Assembly (NCBI RefSeq): GCF_000189295.2
Contig: NC_016803.1
Coordinates: 1,290,001-1,322,000 of the forward strand
Direction of reading: 5' to 3'
Length of the DNA stretch: 32,000 nt
Origin: Pseudodesulfovibrio mercurii
GTDB taxonomy: Bacteria; Desulfobacterota; Desulfovibrionia; Desulfovibrionales; Desulfovibrionaceae
Under the pieces are notes generated by a model. It saw only the letters and a program-made list of their open reading frames with translations, did not search any database and had not been told where the DNA came from. Below are positions 15,851-25,104 of the stretch, piece by piece (position 1 is the stretch's first letter; each line of letters starts with the position of its first letter). The translations under genes and the position numbers were made by a program.

Positions 15851-17824
15851 TCACTTTTTCCCACCCATGGCGATATCCGCCAGCTCGCGGCGTGCGCGCT
15901 CCCAGTCGTCCGGGTTCACGGACCAGCTGATGCCGCCGTGCACGTAGGTCGGGTCGCTCTTGTCCGTGACGCCCAGTTCCCACAGGCTCTTGGGCACCAT
16001 CTTCCTGACCAGGGCGTCCACGGCCTCGGGATCGACCGCACGCGCCATCCGCAGATACTCGTAGTCCTGCAATCCGCGACGCCACAGCTTCAGGCGCAGG
16101 CTGGCGATGGGGCCGAGCAGGTTGCAGCTCTCCTCCGGGTAGACCGTATCCGTGCCCGGATAGAACAGCAGACCGTCCCCGTTGCCGTATCCGTTGCCCC
16201 ATGCGCCGTACTTGGGATGGGGTTCGCTCTTCCTGCGTCCGAAGGTGCACGCCTCCTTGAAGACGTTGACCCGGAACTTGGTGAAACTGGGGTTGCTGTA
16301 GTTGGTCCCCGCCCAGTAGAACCACCGGTCGATGTTGTGCTTGAACTGAATCCAGCCGTTCACGCGCAGGGCCACGCCGTCGTCCTCTATCATGAACGTC
16401 CCCGCCGAGGGTCGCCAGCCGTTGTAGGACATGACCTTGCCGTTTTCGGCCTTGAGCTTGGCCAGGGCCTTTTCGTAGACGTCCGTCTGCCCCCAGAGCT
16501 CGAAGGCGATGTCCACCGACGGCATGTACCGCTGTTTCCGGGGCAGCGACACGGTGCACAGGGTCTGGAGTTCCCGGCCCGGACCGGGGTTCTCCTTGAC
16601 CCAGCGGGCCCACTTCTCCACTTCGGCGTAGGCCTTCTCCCCGTGGGGCTCGTCCTTCAGGTAGAGGAAGCACTCCACGTCGGGATAGTTCTTCTTGAAG
16701 AACTTGACCACCTTGTCGGTGTTTTTCCACATGGAATCCTTGCTGTAGCGGTCCCATTTGCGCTTCAGGGTCCCCCACCCGCCGTAGGTGCCCACGGAGT
16801 AGACGTCGGACGGCATGCCGTAGCCGGGCCCCTCGTAGGCGTGCTCCGCAGTGAACAATTTCCCGTCGTAGACCTTGTCCAGCCGGGAGAACTGTTCCTT
16901 GTAGAACAGCTCCATCCCGTCGGTTATCAGGTGAATCCTGTGCCGCTTGGCCATCTGGAAATAGCGGTACCAGGCCGTGTCCATGATCTCCCGCTTTTCG
17001 GGGGTCACGACGCCCGCGTCCCGCCACCGGATTCCGGTGAACCGCTCGTAGACGTCCTCGCAATTGATCCAGACCATGGTCCTGGCGTTGTACGTGTCGG
17101 GCAGGTCCAGGGGCAGCACCTCCAGCTCGACGGGCAGTTCGACGGGATTGCCGCCCCTCTCCTCGATCCTCAGCCCGCCCTTGTACACGCCGGGCTCGGC
17201 GTCGCGCGGGACGTAGATGTCCACCCACACGGCCTGATTCTCGCCCTTGGGTATGGAAAAGGCCCCCACGGCCTCCAGGGGCTCGGCGATATCGGGGTAG
17301 AACTTGTTCGCGTTGGGGCGGTCCGCGAACCGGCCTTTGGACTTGCCCTTGGGCAGGCTGTACGGCAGTTGCAGCTTCTCGGGCACGTGCCGCTCGTCGT
17401 AGGTGGGCGTGTAGGCCAACTGCGAAAGCCCGGTGATCTTGAGGTAGCGGACGAAAAACAGTTCGATGTTTCTGCCGCGGTAGTCGAACACCCCGTCGCC
17501 CTCGGCCTTGCGCGAGGAGATCCGCCCACCGTTGTCGGACACCAGGTCGCTCATGGACACGCGGACGTCCCCGGCCTCCCCGCCGGCGCTCTCGATCACG
17601 GCGTTGAAGTCGATGACCTCGTCGCGGGCCGCGAACAGGTGAACGACCTTGCCGTCCCACACGCTGTTCCGGACGTCCCGGCCATTGGTGGCCCGCAGTT
17701 CATCCTTGACCACCTTGTCCTCGCCGTTGTTGACCCAAACGGCCGTGATGGACCCGGCGCGGGCGTTGACGCCCCACGCAACGATGCTCAGAACCACCAG
17801 AATCGCGCAATACACTCTCTTCAT
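15851..17824 (-). CDS. Secreted DUF4091 / GH123-like glycoside-hydrolase-type protein
   Basis: Signal peptide MKRVYCAILVVLSIVAWGVNARA|GS. C-terminal features I associate with DUF4091 are GDGLLFYPG, GPIASLRLKLWRRGLQDYEYL. It lies inside the polysaccharide operon. The family call is from recollection only. Confidence 0.65.
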   Translation of the reverse strand: MKRVYCAILVVLSIVAWGVNARAGSITAVWVNNGEDKVVKDELRATNGRDVRNSVWDGKVVHLFAARDEVIDFNAVIESAGGEAGDVRVSMSDLVSDNGGRISSRKAEGDGVFDYRGRNIELFFVRYLKITGLSQLAYTPTYDERHVPEKLQLPYSLPKGKSKGRFADRPNANKFYPDIAEPLEAVGAFSIPKGENQAVWVDIYVPRDAEPGVYKGGLRIEERGGNPVELPVELEVLPLDLPDTYNARTMVWINCEDVYERFTGIRWRDAGVVTPEKREIMDTAWYRYFQMAKRHRIHLITDGMELFYKEQFSRLDKVYDGKLFTAEHAYEGPGYGMPSDVYSVGTYGGWGTLKRKWDRYSKDSMWKNTDKVVKFFKKNYPDVECFLYLKDEPHGEKAYAEVEKWARWVKENPGPGRELQTLCTVSLPRKQRYMPSVDIAFELWGQTDVYEKALAKLKAENGKVMSYNGWRPSAGTFMIEDDGVALRVNGWIQFKHNIDRWFYWAGTNYSNPSFTKFRVNVFKEACTFGRRKSEPHPKYGAWGNGYGNGDGLLFYPGTDTVYPEESCNLLGPIASLRLKLWRRGLQDYEYLRMARAVDPEAVDALVRKMVPKSLWELGVTDKSDPTYVHGGISWSVNPDDWERARRELADIAMGGKK

Positions 17825-17867
17825 GCTACCTCACCTCATTCCCGGCCTTGGGGGAATAACCGCAATC

Positions 17868-17891
17868 CCGGCATGATGGGCGATGCCGGGA
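17868..17891 (-). other. Intercistronic hairpin CCCGGCAT-N8-ATGCCGGG between GT2 and the DUF4091 gene
   Basis: An 8-bp perfect stem read from the sequence with no strong T-tract after it. This may be a processing, attenuation or weak termination site. Confidence 0.25.
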
Positions 17892-17943
17892 CATCAAACG
17901 TTCCCTGAACGGTCTTCCCCGATTCATCCGATTCGGCACGCCG

Positions 17944-18855
17944 TCACTCCGCCTGCTTCACGGCGTAAGTGGAACGCTGCAACACCAACTGCCCTATCAA
18001 GTGTTTGTAGGCATAAACATTCATGGGATTCAACACCAATGCCAGCAGGGCGTGTTTCCATGTCTTGAAAAAAAGATTCCCCTGATACCGCTTGGAAAAA
18101 CGGACGTGCTGCCAGGAGAGCGCGTCACGCAACGACATGTTGCGGAGCGGGTGCTCGCGATAGAAATCGGTGACCAGCCGTCGTTCGCTGGAATAGGTGA
18201 AACGGGCCCGGCGCCGCGTGATCGAGTTGTGGCCCCGGCGGATAAGGGCGCAATACTCGTCATGGGAGAGATGGGGGCCTCTGGAGGCCATCTCCAGGAT
18301 GAACTTGAAATCCTCTCCGAGTTTAAGCTCCGTATCGAAGCGCAACCCGTTCACGACGCTCATCCTGTACGCGACCGAATGCAGTCCATAATACATTCCG
18401 TAGCGCAACAGGAATTCCATAAACCCGTCCACATCGACGTCCGGCGCGGGGAACATGTTGTCCACGGGCTGGCGTTCGGAATCCGCTGAATCATGCATCT
18501 GGAAACGGCCGAACACGCCGACGACCTCCGGGTTGCCGTCGAGCAACTCGACCTTCCGGCGCAGATTCCCCGGCAACTGCTGATCGTCGGCATCAATGAA
18601 CGTGACGTAATCGCCCGTACACGCATCCAAGCCGAGGTTGCGCGCGCTGCTCACGCCGCCGTTGCTCTTCCAGATCGCCTTGAACCGCTCGTCGTCGGCA
18701 TATTTTTCGGCAACGGCGGACGATCCATCCGTCGAACCATCGTCAATGAAGATCAATTCGAAATCGGGGTAGTCCTGGCCCAGCACGGATTCGATGGCGG
18801 GGCCCACGAACGCTTCGCAATTATAACACGGCATGATAACTGAAATCTTGGACAT
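17944..18855 (-). CDS. Family-2 glycosyltransferase
   Basis: AGGAG lies 6 nt upstream of the ATG. Motifs are ISVIMPCYNCEAFVGPAIESVLGQDYPDFELIFIDDGSTDGS, SNGGVSSARNLGL and YVTFIDADD (DxD). Confidence 0.9.
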   Translation of the reverse strand: MSKISVIMPCYNCEAFVGPAIESVLGQDYPDFELIFIDDGSTDGSSAVAEKYADDERFKAIWKSNGGVSSARNLGLDACTGDYVTFIDADDQQLPGNLRRKVELLDGNPEVVGVFGRFQMHDSADSERQPVDNMFPAPDVDVDGFMEFLLRYGMYYGLHSVAYRMSVVNGLRFDTELKLGEDFKFILEMASRGPHLSHDEYCALIRRGHNSITRRRARFTYSSERRLVTDFYREHPLRNMSLRDALSWQHVRFSKRYQGNLFFKTWKHALLALVLNPMNVYAYKHLIGQLVLQRSTYAVKQAE

Positions 18856-18997
18856 ACCCGGCTCCTACAGGTGAAACTCGATTTTCCTTGATCCGATCAC
18901 CCCGCAACCAGCCCTGCGCCGAAGAGGGCAAAGGCTCCGGGAGGCGGCCCGCATCCGGCTTCGCGATGCGCGCGGCATCCTCTTCCAACGCGGCCCG

Positions 18998-20455
18998 TCA
19001 GGACCCCTGCGCCTTGGACCGGCGCCATCGCCGGGGCAGCATGTCGAGGGCCATGACCAGCTTGTCCCGGCCGAACAGGTACAGGGTGGCCACGTAAGCC
19101 AGGCCGCCGATGCCGATCTTCATGGCCAGCATCTGCCAGAGGGGGGCGTGCAGGGCCATGCCCGCGCCATAGAGCGCGCACCCCATGAGGACGTTGGCCA
19201 GCAGGATGCTCCGTACCCGGCTGGCCAGCGTGCCTATGTCCAGTCCGATGGAATGGAGCAGGAATCCGCAGTACAGGATGCTCAGGAGCGGGTAGACCGT
19301 CACCCAGACGAGCAGCGAGGCGTTGACGCCCTTCCACAGGGCCAGGCCGAGCAGCGTGCCGCCGATGGCCACCAGCTGGATCAGCACGTAGTGGACCTGT
19401 TCCGTGACCTTGCCCAGGGCCATCAGGGCGATGGACGCATAGTTCTCGGCCAGCTTGAACACGTTGGCCGCGCAAAATATCTTCAACGGCAGGACCGCCG
19501 CGCCCCACCCCGTGCCGAGCAGGACGAACACGGCCTCGTCGGCGCAGAAAAACAGCATGACGAAGAAGGGCAGCAGGAGCATGGCCTGGAACTCGGCCAC
19601 CTTGAGCGTCCACTCCCGCATGGACTCGGGATTGTCCTTGTCCTTGGAGATGTAGGGGTAGAGCACCCGGTTGATGATGGTCACGATCTTTTCGAAGGGG
19701 ATGTTGGCCAGGCGCTTGGCAAAGGTGTAGCCGCCGAGAAAGCTGGCCGCGCCCAGTTTGCCCAGGATGAAGACGTCCACGCTGTTGTAGAGCTGGCCGA
19801 CGACATTGCGCAGGAAGACCTTGATGCCGAAGGAGAGGATGTCACTGATCTCCGTGAAGCGGATGCGGAAGGCTGGCCGGATTCGGCGAAAATAGGCGAA
19901 AACCAGGAATTGGGCCGTCTCGATGAGCAGCCACTGCGCGGCCAGGGCCCAGACCCCGAAACCGGCCAGGGCCATGCCCAGGGTGGCGAACGAGGTCATG
20001 ATCCGCGCCCCGGTCTCCACCTTGGCGATGATGTCGAACCGGGTGTCCCTGGCCAGCAGGCTCCACAGGAGCGACTTGGGGGCGCCCACCAGAAAGATCA
20101 GGTTCTGGAAGATGATCAGGGCGACCAGGCGCGGTTCGCTGAATATCCAGGCCATGACCGGCGCGGCGGCCAGCCCTATGCAGTACATGATCAGGCCCGC
20201 CAGGAAGGAGAGCCCGTAGAGTGCGCGGATCTGATATTCCGTAACCTCGTCCGCCTGAACCACGGCCGCGCTGATGCCCATCAGGCAGATGGAGTTGGCG
20301 AACACGGTGAACAGCCCGGCCAGGGCGACCAGGCCGTAGTCCTCCGGGGTCAGCAGGCGGGCCACCAGGATGGTCACGCTCCAGGTGATGATCTGGCCGA
20401 GGAGGCTCGTGCCGCCCATCCAGGCAAGACTCTTTTTTACGGACAGCTGTTTCAT
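18998..20455 (-). CDS. wzx: Wzx-type oligosaccharide flippase (MOP/polysaccharide biosynthesis protein family)
   Basis: 485 aa with about 12-14 hydrophobic spans. The N-terminus (GQIITWSVTILVARLLTPEDYGLVAL) is typical of the Polysacc_synt family. Its ATG overlaps the upstream stop (ATGA). Confidence 0.8.
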   Translation of the reverse strand: MKQLSVKKSLAWMGGTSLLGQIITWSVTILVARLLTPEDYGLVALAGLFTVFANSICLMGISAAVVQADEVTEYQIRALYGLSFLAGLIMYCIGLAAAPVMAWIFSEPRLVALIIFQNLIFLVGAPKSLLWSLLARDTRFDIIAKVETGARIMTSFATLGMALAGFGVWALAAQWLLIETAQFLVFAYFRRIRPAFRIRFTEISDILSFGIKVFLRNVVGQLYNSVDVFILGKLGAASFLGGYTFAKRLANIPFEKIVTIINRVLYPYISKDKDNPESMREWTLKVAEFQAMLLLPFFVMLFFCADEAVFVLLGTGWGAAVLPLKIFCAANVFKLAENYASIALMALGKVTEQVHYVLIQLVAIGGTLLGLALWKGVNASLLVWVTVYPLLSILYCGFLLHSIGLDIGTLASRVRSILLANVLMGCALYGAGMALHAPLWQMLAMKIGIGGLAYVATLYLFGRDKLVMALDMLPRRWRRSKAQGS

Positions 20456-21639
20456 TTAGCCTCAGGCTCCCGGATTTGTTCCTCAAAACCATTGAAAATG
20501 AGGCCGACGCGCCCCTTTCCGTCCTGGGTTACGCGTTCCATCATGGCCTGGAAGCAGCGTACGTAACGTTCCTCGGAGAGGACCGTCTCCGCCCTGCGCC
20601 TGCCCGCCCCGCCCATGCGTCTGCGAAGGCCCGCGTCGGCGAGCAGCACGCGGATTCTGGCCGCCAGGTCCTGCGGGTCCTCCGGGGCCACGAGAAAGCC
20701 CGTCTCACCATCGACGACCACATTGGGGATGCCGCCCACCCTGGTCCCTATGCACGGCTTGCCGCAGGCCATGGCGTCGATGAAGACGCGGCCCATGCCC
20801 TCGGAGCGGGCGGGATTCACGAGCACGGCGCAGCGCCCGAGAAAGTCCCCTACCCGGTCGTAGTCGATGGGCTTGAGGAACTCCACATTGTCGATCCCGG
20901 CGGCCAGGGCCTTCCAGCGGCTGAACTCCGGCTCGTGGCAGTGCCCCCTGACAATGAGGCGATACTCGGGAAACTCCGGCCGGATCAGCCTGAAGGCTTC
21001 GAGAAGGACGTCCACGCCCTTGCGATAGAACGGAAAACCCAGGCAGCAGATGAAGGGCTCCTCGTCCTCGGAGGGGACGAAGTGGCGGATGGGCATGTAG
21101 TTGTGAAACATGAAGACCGGCTTGCGCTCGAGCAGAAACCGCCATTCCTCGAACTGGTCCCGGTTCAGGATCTTCACGCAGTCGGCGGCCAGCAGGGAGA
21201 CCGTGCCCAGCAGGGTGTACGTCTTCCGCTTGAGCCAGCCGACCTTGCGCCCGGCCAGCTGCGCGTCCTTGGCGTCACGCAGGTGTCCGTTGACCTCGAC
21301 CACCAGCCGGGCGCCGGAAAACAGCTTGGCCAGGACCCCGATGAGCCCCAGGGTCAGCGGATCGTAGCAGACGATCACATCGACCTTCTCCCGCCGGGCC
21401 AGCCGGACGGCCCGGACGGCCAGGGCCACGGCCCGACGAATCATCCGCCAGCGGGTCCACGGTTGGGCCGGTGGCTGGACGTGCAGCCTGGCCCGGCCGA
21501 ACTCCGCGCCGTCGTGGGCCGTGTCGCCGGTGACCAGGACGTGAAACGCGTAGTCCTCGGGCATGTCCTCGTACCGGGACCGGAAGAGCGGCGCGTCGAG
21601 AGACCCCTTCGGCGGGAGTATGTCCAATATCTTCAGCAC
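20452..21639 (-). CDS. Family-4 (GT1-fold) glycosyltransferase
   Basis: C-terminal NPARSEGMGRVFIDAMACGKPCIGTRVGGIPNVVVDGETGFLV. The GTG at 21639 is preferred: GGAG lies 6 nt upstream, immediately after the upstream gene's TGA at 21651-21653. The alternative is the GTG at 21696. Confidence 0.8.
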   Translation of the reverse strand: MLKILDILPPKGSLDAPLFRSRYEDMPEDYAFHVLVTGDTAHDGAEFGRARLHVQPPAQPWTRWRMIRRAVALAVRAVRLARREKVDVIVCYDPLTLGLIGVLAKLFSGARLVVEVNGHLRDAKDAQLAGRKVGWLKRKTYTLLGTVSLLAADCVKILNRDQFEEWRFLLERKPVFMFHNYMPIRHFVPSEDEEPFICCLGFPFYRKGVDVLLEAFRLIRPEFPEYRLIVRGHCHEPEFSRWKALAAGIDNVEFLKPIDYDRVGDFLGRCAVLVNPARSEGMGRVFIDAMACGKPCIGTRVGGIPNVVVDGETGFLVAPEDPQDLAARIRVLLADAGLRRRMGGAGRRRAETVLSEERYVRCFQAMMERVTQDGKGRVGLIFNGFEEQIREPEAK

Positions 21640-21650
21640 GGTCTTCTCCG

Positions 21651-22673
21651 TCAGCCCCGCTCTTTCATCAATTGCATAAGGTGCCCACGCAAGCACGCCG
21701 CGTGGCTGCGCAGGGAATATTTCCCCCAGGCCTCGGCGTGGGCGGCCATGCCGACCTTCCGGCGCAGCTCCGGCTCCAGGACGAGCCGGGTGACGATCCG
21801 CTCGAAGTCGTCGACCGTGTTCGCGAAAAAGCCGGTCTCGCCGTCCCGGACCACGAGTCTCTCGGCGGCGGTGGGATGGATGACGGCGGGCAGCCCGGCG
21901 GCCATGTAGCTCAGGACCTTGTTCGGATCCTTGAGGTGTTGCAGGTTGGACGTGTCCCGCCAGCGAAAGGCGATGTCGGCCAAGAGCATCTCCCTGGGCC
22001 AGGTGGCGTTGTCGAAGGTTCGGTATTCGATCCAGTCGTGCTCGCCCGTCCGGTTCGTGTCGTAGACCACCCTGCAGCCGAACCTGTCCTTCATGCGGCG
22101 CAGGACGGGCAGGATGGCGTTGTTCTGCGGCTGGTTCAGCGAGACGCCGGTCCAGTACAGGACGACCCCGCGCGTGGCGTCGGTCGCCTCCTTGAAGTGA
22201 AATTCATTGTCGTCGTTGTAGATCTGCCTCGGCAGCTCAAGGGGACGCATGCCCGCCCTGCGCACCACCTCCCCCAAGAGCGGGGTGGCGATGAGACAGC
22301 CGTCCAGCAGCGCGAACCGTTTCGCGGCCCTTCGCTCGGTGGACAGGTAATACAGTTTTTTCGCGTACCGGCGCAGCCGGTTCTCCTCGTAGACCGACGG
22401 GTAGAGGAAGGTGTCCTGGTAATCCAGGAGCATGATCTTGCCCGCCCGCTTCAGCGCCTTCAGCACATCCAGCTCGGGGATGTATTTGATGAAGATCAGG
22501 ACGTCGAAGCCCATCAGCTCATCGAGGTCGAAGGGTTCCCACCGGAAATAGCCGCACTCGACCCCGCCCGCGCGGAGGAGTTCCCCGGCCACCTTGACCC
22601 CGGATTGCGTAAAGGAATTGGCGTCGGTGCGCGGACCGAACCCAACCTTGAAAACGGACTTGTCGTCAGGCAT
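21651..22673 (-). CDS. Divergent glycosyltransferase-like protein (only the C-terminal GT-B half is recognisable)
   Basis: LSYMAAGLPAVIHPTAAERLVVRDGETGFFANTVDDFERIV resembles the GT1 nucleotide-sugar-binding half. I recognise no N-terminal half. It is translationally overlapped (8 nt) with the upstream GT4. Confidence 0.55.
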   Translation of the reverse strand: MPDDKSVFKVGFGPRTDANSFTQSGVKVAGELLRAGGVECGYFRWEPFDLDELMGFDVLIFIKYIPELDVLKALKRAGKIMLLDYQDTFLYPSVYEENRLRRYAKKLYYLSTERRAAKRFALLDGCLIATPLLGEVVRRAGMRPLELPRQIYNDDNEFHFKEATDATRGVVLYWTGVSLNQPQNNAILPVLRRMKDRFGCRVVYDTNRTGEHDWIEYRTFDNATWPREMLLADIAFRWRDTSNLQHLKDPNKVLSYMAAGLPAVIHPTAAERLVVRDGETGFFANTVDDFERIVTRLVLEPELRRKVGMAAHAEAWGKYSLRSHAACLRGHLMQLMKERG

Positions 22674-23910
22674 GGGATTCCTTCTTCGTGATTTCCCGGT
22701 CCACGGCCTCGTGCATCCGCCCGACCACCGCGTCCCAGGAGTAGCGGGACAGGGCCAGTTCGCGCCCTTCCGCGCCCAGACGACGCCGGGCGTCCTCGTC
22801 GTCCATCAGTTCCAGGCAGCGCCGGGCAAAGGGTGCGGCCTCGTCCTCGATGCGCAGGTGGCGGCCGTCCTCGCAGAGGATGCCCTCGCAGCCGAGCGCG
22901 GTGGAGAGCACGGCCTTGCCCATGGCGAAGGCCTCCAGGATCTTGAGCCGGGTCCCGCCGCCGAAGCGCAGGGGCACGACCACCACCGAGGCCTCGCGGA
23001 CAAAGGGGCGCACGTCGTCCACCGTGCCGGTGACGACCACCCCGGCCGCCGGGTCGTGCAACGCCTGAACGTCCGGGTGGGGGCTGCGCCCCACGATGGT
23101 GATGCGGGCTCCGGGCCGGGCGGCCCGGATGGCGGGCAGGATGTCGCGGACGAACCACTTCATGCCGTCGATGTTCGGCAGCCAGTCCATGGACCCGACG
23201 AAGACCAGATTGTCCGCCCGTCCGGGGGCATCGGCGGGATCGTCGGCCGGGGTGTAGAAATTCACGTCCACGCCGTTTTCCACCAGGACGCCCTTGCCCT
23301 GTCCGGCCAGGGCGTCTATCTGGCCGCCGTCCTCGCCGGACACGGCCAGGACCATGCCCGCCTCGCGGAAGGCCCGCGTCTCGAAACGGCGCATGTTCCG
23401 GGCGTGCAGTCCCAGGGCCAGGCGACGCGGCAGGGAACGCTCCAGGTCGCGCATGCGTTCCGCGATCTGGTACTCCACGTTGTGGGCGTTCAGGGTCGTG
23501 AAGGGCGCGCCGCCCCCGTTGCCCAGGCCGCCCAGGCCGCCCGCCAGGTGGATGGTGTCCACGTGCACCAGGTCGTAGTTCGGGGCGAGTTCCCGGAACC
23601 GGGCCGCGAAGTCCGCCTTCGCGTACTTGACGGTCGAGACCGGCAGCCCCCTGATCAGGGCGGCCAGCAGGTCCGACGGCGCGGCGGGCCGGTTGAGATC
23701 GGGATTCTCCATGCCGAAAATCTCCCGCACGCCCAGGGCTGCCGCCGCTTTGCGCCAACCGGCCTCCACCGCGGGGTCGATGAAATGCAGCACGTCCACG
23801 TCATAGCGGTCCACGAACCCGGAAAGGATGTTCCACGTCCGGATCTTGGCCCCGGTATCCAGCGGATACGGCGGACGGGCCGTGGCGAACAGCACGCTTC
23901 CCCTGCTCAT
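22666..23910 (-). CDS. Family-4 (GT1-fold) glycosyltransferase
   Basis: MSRGSVLFATARPPYPLDTGAKIRTWNIL, then VVVVPLRFGGGTRLKILEAFAMGKAVLSTALGCEGI. The ATG at 23910 overlaps the upstream stop (ATGA). The start at 24000 is rejected. Confidence 0.85.
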   Translation of the reverse strand: MSRGSVLFATARPPYPLDTGAKIRTWNILSGFVDRYDVDVLHFIDPAVEAGWRKAAAALGVREIFGMENPDLNRPAAPSDLLAALIRGLPVSTVKYAKADFAARFRELAPNYDLVHVDTIHLAGGLGGLGNGGGAPFTTLNAHNVEYQIAERMRDLERSLPRRLALGLHARNMRRFETRAFREAGMVLAVSGEDGGQIDALAGQGKGVLVENGVDVNFYTPADDPADAPGRADNLVFVGSMDWLPNIDGMKWFVRDILPAIRAARPGARITIVGRSPHPDVQALHDPAAGVVVTGTVDDVRPFVREASVVVVPLRFGGGTRLKILEAFAMGKAVLSTALGCEGILCEDGRHLRIEDEAAPFARRCLELMDDEDARRRLGAEGRELALSRYSWDAVVGRMHEAVDREITKKESHA

Positions 23911-25049
23911 GCGCCCGCCCTCTCCATGACTTCGCGCATGGCGTCCGCGATGCGCCGCACGCAGGATTCCGGGTTGAAGCGGTCCCTGTCCACCAGGCAC
24001 CGCCCGCGCATGGCGCGCAGCCTGTCCGGGGCGTCCAGCAACCCCTCCACCGACTCGACGAGCGTGGGCACGTCGTTTCGCTTCATGACGATGCCGGTCT
24101 CGCCGTGGGTGACGATCTCGGGGATGCCCATGGAGTCCGAGACCACGGCGGGCAGCCCGCAGGCCTGGGCCTCCTTGAGGACGTTGGGGTAGGCGTCGTG
24201 CCGGGCGGGATGGAGGATGAGCGAGGCGGAGAGGTACTCCTCCATGAGCGTCCCGAAGGGCACCAGGCCCAGGTGGCGCGCCCCCTCCGGCAGGGGTTTG
24301 TCCGCAGCCACGCCCACCAGCACCAGTTCAAGTCCGGGCCGGCGGCGGCGAAGCTCGGTGAAGGCCTCGAAGACCAGATCCCCGCCCTTGCGGTGGAACT
24401 CCGTGGCCGCGAAGAGCAGCTTTTCCTTGCGGTCGGCCAGGACCCGGTCCGCGTCCGGGTAGGGAATCTTGCACGCGGTGGGGGCCACCATGACCCGTTC
24501 CGGCGGCAGGCCGTAGTCATCGATCATGGACCGGCGGGTGCACTCGCTGTAGGTGAAGACCAAATCCTTGGCCTGCATGGAGGCCCTTTCGAGTTCGTAG
24601 AACCGCTCCCTGATCCGGGGGAAATGCCTGGGCATCCAGTCGGGCCAGACCCGCTCGACCATGGCCACGTTCTGGTCGTGGTAGGAGAAATGGACCATGC
24701 CCGGCGCCTTGACCGGGCCGAAGAGGCAGCCCACCTGGAAGGTCGCGCCGATCCCGGCGGTGCGGTCCAGGGCCTTCTGGAAACGCCGGGTCCTGGCGCC
24801 GAACGCCGACGGGGTCTTGGCGGCCCACTCCAGCTGGCGGTGGTACTCCCGGCGCAGGTCCATGGGCCGGGCCAGGAGCGCCTTGGCCAGGCAGGCGCAA
24901 CCGATCCGCTTCTTCACGAAGGGGGTGTCCGCGTTGACCATGGCCACGTCGAAGGACTTCGCCAATCCGGCGTACAGCCAGTTCTTGCTGGTCCCGGCCT
25001 GGAGGTTCGGGCTGGCCCACTGGTCAAGGATGAACAGCGGCGACTTCAC
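23907..25049 (-). CDS. GT1/GT4-like glycosyltransferase with an atypical N-terminal half
   Basis: C-terminal LILHPARHDAYPNVLKEAQACGLPAVVSDSMGIPEIVTHGETGIV. 380 aa. Confidence 0.75.
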   Translation of the reverse strand: MKSPLFILDQWASPNLQAGTSKNWLYAGLAKSFDVAMVNADTPFVKKRIGCACLAKALLARPMDLRREYHRQLEWAAKTPSAFGARTRRFQKALDRTAGIGATFQVGCLFGPVKAPGMVHFSYHDQNVAMVERVWPDWMPRHFPRIRERFYELERASMQAKDLVFTYSECTRRSMIDDYGLPPERVMVAPTACKIPYPDADRVLADRKEKLLFAATEFHRKGGDLVFEAFTELRRRRPGLELVLVGVAADKPLPEGARHLGLVPFGTLMEEYLSASLILHPARHDAYPNVLKEAQACGLPAVVSDSMGIPEIVTHGETGIVMKRNDVPTLVESVEGLLDAPDRLRAMRGRCLVDRDRFNPESCVRRIADAMREVMERAGA

Positions 25050-25104
25050 GACAATTCCTCCCCGCTCCCCGGCGACATCCGCGTTCCGGCGCTTCGGCGA
25101 GGGC

